Shown here one piece after another: positions 51,230 through 64,000 of a DNA stretch of 64,000 bases. The DNA comes from Eledone cirrhosa (Eukaryota), in the NCBI GenBank assembly GCA_964016885.1, contig OZ024740.1, forward strand, positions 356,748,001 to 356,812,000. The letters are read 5' to 3'. A model generated the notes under the pieces. That model did not search any database, was not told the origin of the DNA, and saw only the letters and a program-made list of their open reading frames with translations. The stretch's first letter is position 1; every line of letters begins with the position of its first letter. The translations under genes were made by a program, and so were the position numbers.

Positions 51230-52000
51230 AATTTTTTTATGTGCATAATATGCATTGACATTTCGGGAAAATCGGCTAGACGTACGGCCTAAAAAAAAAG
51301 CCCTAAAAAGCTGAAAGAAGGAAGTTTTTCACCTAATGCGGGCCCTAGGGCATAAAATGAATTATTTTTATGTGCCTAATATGCCTTGAAATTTCAGGAA
51401 AATCGGCTAGACATAACGCCTAAGAAAAGTCATAAAAAGCTGAAAAAAATGAAGTGTTTCACCTAATGCGGGCCCTAGGCCATAAAAAAGTTGGATTTTC
51501 TATACTCACGGTATGAAGAAGAGACTGACTAATACATAGTTACAATTTCAAGGAAATCAGTCTGACATAACGCCTCAAAATACCGCTAAATAGCTGAAAA
51601 AAGCAGTTTTTCCCTAGGGGGTCAAAAAGGTTGAATTTTTTATGTGCATAACACTCCCTGAAACATAACGCGGGCCGCCAACATACCTAATCGTGGAAAA
51701 ACTGCATGCCTGGACAATATGTAAAGAAAATAAATCGAATCAGACAGCCAGACATACAGACAGATATTATAAGGGCTCGACGTTATATGTATGTATCTAT
51801 CTAAAAAGAGAAAGACTAAGAATTATAGAGAGAGATCGCTAAATCGTCTAATGCATTGAAAATTTGATATTTCTTTGCTCAGGACACTCCCTAAAACATA
51901 AGTATTACATGTGTAAAGTTTGAAAACAGTCGGTTGGCTGCTTCTCGAGTTTTCGGGATTCAAACTCACACAGACAGTCATCCTCAGTTTTATATATATA
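51230..52000. repeat. element with ~130-bp internal tandem subrepeats (possibly non-autonomous Helitron-like)
   Basis: GGAAAATCGGCTAGAC...AAAAGCTGAAA...TTCACCTAATGCGGGCCCTAGG recurs about three times; ends CACACAGACAG...TTTTATATATATAG. Confidence 0.45.
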
Positions 52001-52089
52001 TAGATACACACACAAATACAAATATGCACACACACACGCATATATATATATATATATGTTTGTGTGTGTGTATGTGTGTGTGTGCGTGC

Positions 52090-52226
<137 letters not shown>

Positions 52227-52429
52227 TGTGTGTGTGTGTGTAGTGTATTATGCCTTTAGTTTATTGTCTGATAATCGACCCCTTTACATTGAGACACTAC
52301 GCAGAGGGAACTTTAGTGAGACATTAGGTTTTTGCAGGATTACTTAACGTCCCTTCGATCTTTAAATCCAATTATGATGGGGAAATTAACCTTGATCAAT
52401 TGTCTGTTCAATATACATATCTCCACAAA

Positions 52430-52800
52430 TATAGTTATCAAATTCCTAGATTTAATTAGTACCAATAACATTTTATTTCCCATTATATGAAGGTTAGCTA
52501 CAACTATTTAGAAAATAATACCACCAACATCGCACGCTACTACAGAAAGGAAAAACGCGCATGCATATACTCGCACAAGCCTGCATCTACTGAAAGCCCA
52601 CAAATTGTCCAGTAAGACATGTTGCCAACATAGTTTATTGTCTATGAATCCACCTTCACACCACTAGATGGTATCCCACTGAACTATACGGACCTAACAG
52701 CAATGGAATGGCCTTAGGGGAAGATGCACTGCTTCAGGTGCAGGGACAATGAAAACTATACCCTCCTGTCCCATTTCATCTGGAGACTCCGGGGTCATAT
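52430..52800 (+). pseudogene. decayed Naiad-type PLE endonuclease fragment
   Basis: frameshifted remnants PTNCP, IVYESTF, NYTDLT, HCFR...YTLLSHFIWRL parallel the C-terminus of the 57121-59442 ORF. Confidence 0.55.
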
Positions 52801-55155
52801 ATGGTAATAGTGGGATAATGATTTAACACGGATTTTCAATAAGTATATAGTGTAAGAAGGTGTTTCTTAAATAAACATGCTATGTTTATATTTAGTTAAG
52901 ACAGTTTCAAGATTATCAATTTCTGTTGTTTAGTTTTATGGAGATATAAATACAAATTACATCATTACTCATATGACAGATACACGGTCATGTCACTATG
53001 GTCTATGTCACTATGGTTATATGATCGAGGAATACAATTCCAAAATATATCAAGAGAGAAGAAAGCAATAATATGACGTGATGTGTGTATAAAACAGAAA
53101 TAAATTAAAGTGTTTTAGAGTAAAGGCTATATTAACCCATGTACAATATGTTTAAGTACAATAAATATATATCTAATCCCGCTTTGAGTATTTAAGCTGC
53201 AAATATTTAGCAGCTAGCTCAAAAACTTGAGGAAGTGTGGTGGATGCATTTCACTGTGTTTACAGCTCTTCAGTGTGTACTGAGATTTGCCTTCTGAGAT
53301 CTACTGTTTCGGTTTCGAAATATTTGTGTTAACTATATCGTCGTATTGTGTTTGTTTTCTTTTTTGTTGTTTTTTTTTTTCTTTTGCTATTGGCTTCTTT
53401 TGTTTTGTTTAGGGAGGCAGCAGTTAAACATACACAAATCAGATAACTCAAATTGGTGCTTACTGTGGAACCATATATTAGTTGATACAATATTTTAAAT
53501 ACTGAATTTTTTCAGTAACACGATTTTGTGTAAATATAGTGATCACTTAATGTATATTTTCCATTGTTTCGTTCTTATTTCTCCAATTTTATTATATAGT
53601 ACTTTCTTCATTTTTGGTTATATTATCGCTATTGATGACAATTCCTGAGTCATTATTTTCAGATACGAATATATTATTACTTGCTTACATTTGATTTCTA
53701 TGTCGTTCTATTTTTCATCAACTGTTCATGTTTCTATTCTAGTTCACTTCTCGTATATTCTATTTTGTTGAATAGCTTAGAGTTATCTTCTTTCTTATAA
53801 TCATTGTTTTCCTTGTTCTTATATATTTTTGTGTTCTAGCATTTGTTCATATACTTTGTTCTTATTTTACGGTAACTACATAGGTCCTTTTTTTTTCCTT
53901 TTTTTTTGTTTTTTCTTCTTTTCTTCTTTTCATATTTATTTGCAATATGTTTATAACTTTATATTTTCGGTTAATGCCTTGGTTGTTCGGCTTCGTTGAA
54001 AGCTATTCGTCCTCTATCTATGGATATATTCTTAGGTTATCGCATTTGGTTACATTTTTGGTTATTCATCTGTGGTTTTATACGTGTTCCTTGCTTATTT
54101 GTGATATTGTTTGTTCTTTATCTTTGGTATTTCAGAGCACATGTTTACGTATAATTTTTCCTCGTCAGAGTTTACCGTTCTTTGAATTAAATTCTTCTTC
54201 TTTTACGCCTTTGGTTTTTAGTTTTCTTCGTCTTTTGTCATCATTTTCTTTCTCATATTTTTTATCCATTGTGCTTTCCAAGTTGCTTCCACTACATATT
54301 CCTTCTTTGATCTTACTTTGGTTATGCCGCCCTTTGCTTCTTGGGATTCCAATTTTGATACTTGCTTTTTAATATATTTTTGGTTCTTCACAATTTTATT
54401 ATATGCATGCTTCCTCAATTTTTGTTATATTTTTGGTTATCCATTTTGGATTATATACTTTGTTTGTTTTTCCTAGTTATATAATTCGCTGTGCATCTTA
54501 GGTTTTATTCTTGTTTCTTCATGTGCTGTTACATTCTACGCTATTCATATTCGTTGCATTTCTTATATTCTGGACTGTTCATTCTATATTTTATATTGTT
54601 GTTTCCTTACCATTGATTTCATAATTGTTGCTTCATTAATGACTGATTTATTTAGTTAATTCTTGGTTATTCATTTTAATCTTAATAATAATATTTTATT
54701 AATTCCTCATCTTAAGTTATATAATTAGCTTTAATATGGGCTCTTCCTTTGTAGTTATATGTGTGTGCTTTGATGTTTATCATCCTTTGAAGTAATTTGT
54801 TTATTATTTAATCGTTATATCATTTGCATACTCCTTCGATTTTCTTGTGTATCTGTTTTCATATTTGGACATATTTTGTTTCATCATATGTTGCCTTCCT
54901 TTGTGTTTACTCCTTATTCATGTTTGTTATACCGTTGGTTCTGTATATGCTTCTTTCTTATCTACTTTGATCATATTTTGGTACTATGTTTTTTGTTATA
55001 GTGTTTGTTCTTCACTAAAGCATGTGGCATAATCACTATGAGGCTGGGTTTAGATCTTAATAATGTAGTGGGCTCCAATTCTAAACCAAGCAGCATATTA
55101 CTTGTGTTTTTTATCGATCTGTCACGCAATACAGATGGATAATTCACCGGGGTAT

Positions 55156-55520
55156 TTAGTCATCTCTCAAGTCGTAACAAAGATCTAAGACAGATAATTC
55201 TTTCCTCAAAATCTGCGCAATACAAAGCAAGCCTGAATTCCATATGACACTAACCTTGCATCGAATTCCCAACCGTTTTAAGAAGTCTTGGAGTTTTAAT
55301 GGGATTGAACCTAATGCCCAGATCACAACTGGTATCACTTTCACATTACCCTCTCGCATTCCAAACACTCTTGCCATCTCTACTTTCAATTCAGAATACA
55401 TGGTGATTTTTTCGAACACTTGCAATATTCATGTCATTTGGCATGGCTACGTCTATGACCTAACCGTATTTGTTTTTCTTGTTCAATACGAGAATGTTCG
55501 ATTAGCGTTGCTCAATTACT
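55156..55520 (-). mobile_element. 3' fragment of an RLE-type (R4/Dong-like) non-LTR element
   Basis: EKITMYSELKVEM...VKVIPVVIWALGSIP matches the EKxxKY...VIPVVIGALG motif. Confidence 0.7.
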
Positions 55521-55799
55521 CTATCAGTTTGAAAATCCTAAGCCTAGAATATCGTTGCATTCCTGCATTACTTTACAAGGCAGATGCTCATCCCTATTAC
55601 TTCATTTTGGTATTTAAGACATAACAGGCAATGAAGGTACAACTGACTTTATTATTTTATTATGGGGATGCTTGTATTCTATTTTCACAAGTATTCTTGG
55701 TTTTTTATCTATATTTATAAGTTTCGTTCGTTAGCTTCAATCCTTTTGTCAACTCGTCGTCTTGAGCTTTGTATATTGTACTCCACATTCACTAATATC

Positions 55800-56220
55800 T
55801 TCTTTTTCTTCTTCTTCGCCCGCTTATTCCTGAGAGGGTCGTAGGGACAGAGTCCTCAAACACACGTTCCAGCGAGTCCTGTCAGAAGCAACCGTCTCAA
55901 ACTGATCCGGCTGAATCTCCAAGCTAGACGAGCCGAGCTCATGGATGTAATCCAACCATCTTGCTTGGGGTATATCCTTGGTTCTCCTGTCGATTGGATT
56001 TGCTCTTGAATATGTCCAGCAATTTTTTCCTGACACATTCTAGCCACATACCCATGTGGCGGCTCTAACGGGATTGATTATCTGATCTACGAGTTATGCA
56101 TTCTAACATTACTCCAAAAGCTCTTCGACCCCTTTTATTGCTTTTATTGGCGATCGTATTTTGTCGGTCATTACCCAAGTTTCATGACCTTCGCCAATAT
56201 TATTGGTTTTTCAACTATAA
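55800..56220 (-). mobile_element. RTE LINE 3' fragment (another family)
   Basis: ARWLDYI...VASDRTRW...RPSQE* followed by a (GAA)n-like tail. Confidence 0.65.
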
Positions 56221-56577
56221 TTATATTCCTGGTTGTTCACTTTGTTATTCAGAATTAACCTTTCTCTGAAATAAATTGTTCTTATCACGTAACTTCATTG
56301 TCTGTCATTAATTATAGTCCTACTATTAGTCACATTCACCTATTGTTATCCTGTCTTTGTTTCCGTTTTTAGTCCTCGTTTGTTGCCTCCCTATCTGACC
56401 AATTTTCGTTTTGCCTATCGTTTGCTTGTATTTCCAATTATTTCCAATAATTTCTTTTGATCTTTTTAGTACAAATATTTAGTTATATTATTGTTTATTC
56501 ATATTTTGTATTATTCTTGGTTCTTTATCTCTGGCTTTGTTATATATATATATATATATATATACATATGTATATAT

Positions 56578-56783
56578 ATTTCGTTTCTGAATTTGTTTAG
56601 CAAGATTCTTTATCTGAAAACGTGTGTTGAAACCGATATTGTTATACTTTGGGAGGGTCATGTTGCCAATAAGAAACACAGGCACCAGTTGCTTTCACTC
56701 CAATTTATTATAATAAATTGAAGTGAAAGCAACTGGTGCGTGTGTTTCTTATTGGCACATGACCCTCCCAAAGTATAACAATA
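56578..56783. mobile_element. fold-back mini-copy of the PLE family A terminus
   Basis: two head-to-head copies of the pLTR end centred at ~56710; only the left arm carries the extension. Confidence 0.85.
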
Positions 56784-56805
56784 TATATATATATATATAT
56801 ATATA

Positions 56806-60778
<3,973 letters not shown>

Positions 60779-60800
60779 ATATATATATATATATATATGT

Positions 60801-60833
<33 letters not shown>

Positions 60834-60913
60834 CCCCACTTTCAAGCGTGAAACTAAAAACCATATCATTTGTACTGCCTCACTGATTTTTGTTCTCTGT
60901 TCATTTTTTAAAT

Positions 60914-60986
<73 letters not shown>

Positions 60987-61023
60987 AGAGAGAGAGATAG
61001 AGATAGAGAGAGAGAGAGAGGGA

Positions 61024-61059
<36 letters not shown>

Positions 61060-62162
61060 CGCTTTTATGTGAGTATATTGGAAAGTGGAAAGCTTGGCGA
61101 CATTTTATAAGGAAGAAAACGCAACACATAAATAGTATACGTCTAGTTGAAAAGAATTGAAGATACAGTTACACATAGTGATGGAACTGCTTCACATATG
61201 TTAACAATGAACAGATTGTGAGAATTGTAGAATATGCAGTTTTATTTATTAATTTTATATGAAAGAAATGCTGAAAAGGATACATATTAAAATATTGTTG
61301 ATTCATGTTTTTCATGTCATGGTCTCTAGAAAAATTCCTATTCTGAATGCAAAAGTGATATATGTCGTACGGTTTGCTTTTATTGATCTTTGCTAATGAA
61401 GACAATATGTCTGATATTTCAGTCAAACTACATTTGTTTCTTTGTTTTCTTATTTTAAAATTCTCAGTTTTTTAGAAGTTAGAATTATGCATTTTCCAAA
61501 AATCTGCTTTGTTTATGATTTCTTTCTGTCTCTTTTGATTTCATATTTCTAGCATTACATCACCAACCAAAATGCACCTCGGAAACAGACTGCTTATGAC
61601 ATTAATGTGTAAGTGACTGAGCATTACATAGACACGTAATAAACTTAACGTAATTCTTTATGAGATTCAATGTGACAATGTGTGACAAAGCTGTCCTTTT
61701 GAATTACAGGTATAGTCAATCTGACGAGCTTCCAGACTGTTTCTGTCTAGCCAATTTCGCTGATAATATCATAAAAGATACTTGGCCTAGAGGCCAGACA
61801 ATGGGATCAAACCCAGCACCTAATGATTGCGAAGCGAACACCTTAACCATTTGACCGTGATGTGTTCATAAGCATAAACAAACATAAATGCAGCTGGACT
61901 GAAATATCAGACATGTTAACAGCTCGTTTAATTAGACTGATAAATCACATACATACGTACATGCCATTACTTTTAAGCTAATGCTTTTTCTTTCTCAGTT
62001 TCTCTCCGATCATTTCTCTCTCACAGTGTAATATGAAAGTGTTCTCAAATCCTTTATCGTGATGTCTTAGTGGTTTCGCAATTGTCGCTTACATTGCGAA
62101 ACTCGTACTGAGACACAGATTATTTTAATATAAACATATGTTTATTTATATATATATATGTA

Positions 62163-62300
<138 letters not shown>

Positions 62301-62341
62301 GGTATGTATATGCATATGTATATGCATATATATATATATAT

Positions 62342-62370
62342 ATATTGTTATACTTTGGGAGGGCCATGTT
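62342..62370 (-). mobile_element. tiny terminal fragment of PLE family A
   Basis: TATTGTTATACTTTGGGAGGGCCATGTTG directly after (TA)n. Confidence 0.75.
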
Positions 62371-62504
62371 GTAGTGGTGTGGTGTAATGTAGTGTACTAT
62401 AGTGTAGTGGTGTGACATAGTGTACTATAGTGTAGTGGTGTGGTGTGATATAGTGTAGTGGTGTAGTGTAGTGGTGTGGTGAGGTATAGTGATGCTATGT
62501 AGTG

Positions 62505-62597
62505 GTCTTCTCCGAGTTTAAATCCCGCTGAGGTTAACTTTGCCTTTCATTCATTCAAGGTCGATAAAAAAGTACCAGTCTAATACTGGGGTCAATG
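62505..62597 (+). mobile_element. SINE fragment
   Basis: GAGTTTAAATCCCGCTGAGGTTAACTTTGCCTTTCAT...GTCGATAAAAAAGTACCAGT. Confidence 0.75.
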
Positions 62598-64000
62598 TTT
62601 CCTATATATCTCTTTCTCACTTCCATATATATATATGTGTGATTTGTGTTTGTGTGTTAATCCGTTCCTGTTGTATCTGTAGATACATTTTCAAGCTGTT
62701 TACAAGCTGTTTACATTTATTGCTACACATGTTTACGTATAATTATGTGTATGTGTGTGTTTGTGCGTGTATGAGTATGATTTGTATGTGTATGTATCTA
62801 TCTGCTCGTCTGTGCGTGGGGAAGAGTGCGTGTGTTTGTATATATCTGTTTGTGTATTATGTGTGTGAATGTATGTATCTATCTGCCTGTTTATATTGGG
62901 ATAAGTGTATATATGTCTTCGATTTTTATGTGGGAGGAAAGAAATATCATACCTAGATTGTCATTCATATCTGGTATTCTTTTCATGTCAGTAATTTTTT
63001 GCTGATGCCAGTTCAATCAAGTTCCAGAAATTTATAAAGTAATTCAGAATAAAGGTCATTGATATAAAAGTCAGCTTATTTTTTCTGAACTTTATCACAG
63101 GAAAACATTCATTTTTATTAACCTAACGTGTAAGATGTTTCTGGTATAACATAGGAGTTGGCAAAAATATTTTCTTTTAATATCATAGTTCAAGTTCTTG
63201 ACGCATCCACGGAAGAAAAACCCTGGACAGAGAATCAATCTTGTGTCATGGAGTTAGTTGGTATTTTGAGTTAACATCATTCACCCTCATCCAGATGACT
63301 CAACAGGTGTTGATCAATCTTTAGTCTGTGCTCAAATGGCATGTATACTACTGACTCCAGCGGTCAATTCTTTTCGGCCATAACCATCTAGATGCCCTTT
63401 TTGCTGCTTCTACGTTATTCCTGGTGGCTCTCCTCCAGCTTGCACTCGTAATACTCAGATTTTCGTCGAGATCAAGCTGCAAATCCTAGGCGTTGAAAAT
63501 TCTGATCCTCTACCTGACTCTGTGGTATTTCCCCACCAACTCCTTTTAACATAGATTATTCTTCTTTTCTCTCGTGTCGATTTGGCATGCGGATTTTGAG
63601 ATTGTATTCAATCATATCATATTTAAAAACAGTTACTTGTTTTCGCAATCTCTGGGTGTAGCGTGAAAACGTCCCTGATACTTAAAGAGCGAATGTGTTT
63701 GCATTAGCAATCGAGAGTTCGCACAAAGTTCAGATGCATAATATTACTGATGAATATTTCCTTAGTTTACGATGCTGAAATCAAATCCACTTCAACATAT
63801 TTTTTTCCAGCATGCAAGTAAAGCTGCAAAATCGAAAACAATAACTAGCAACTGCTCACATATCCATGCATGTACGCACCAACACAAACATAGCCCATTA
63901 CATAATATTTACAGAAAACTATACACAAGCACACACTTACAAGGAAGCACACACGTACAAGCACACACATGCATACACACACATACACACCACATACTCG

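Noticed and set aside
53500-55000. Strongly T-skewed region, possibly an ancient minus-strand LINE ORF
   Set aside because: No diagnostic motifs could be read with confidence.

Overview
This is an AT-rich, microsatellite-laden, intergenic-looking animal window with no recognisable host protein-coding gene. Nin/OK-type SINEs and RTE LINEs with C2H2 fingers suggest a mollusc, probably a cephalopod such as Octopus (inference). The window is a retroelement nest. It holds an apparently intact Naiad-type Penelope-like element (PLE; 773-aa RT plus GIY-YIG ORF between 266-bp pseudo-LTRs), two truncated copies and three terminal fragments of a second PLE family, and several non-coding fold-back PLE-like ends. 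It also holds a 13-kb co-oriented array of RTE LINEs and bipartite non-autonomous RTE derivatives chained through (ATGT)n tails, a decayed CRE-type element, and Helitron, R4/Dong and RTE remnants. More than a dozen hammerhead ribozyme motifs can be read directly from the sequence. The most striking observation is a set of ~400-470-bp tandem non-coding repeats (two divergent families, three loci). In each, an octamer, a PSE-like box and a TATA box sit at conserved spacing upstream of a hammerhead. This makes them candidate snRNA-promoter-driven retrozymes, reminiscent of newt satellite 2 and probably mobilised by PLEs. Coordinates were read by eye and element boundaries are approximate.
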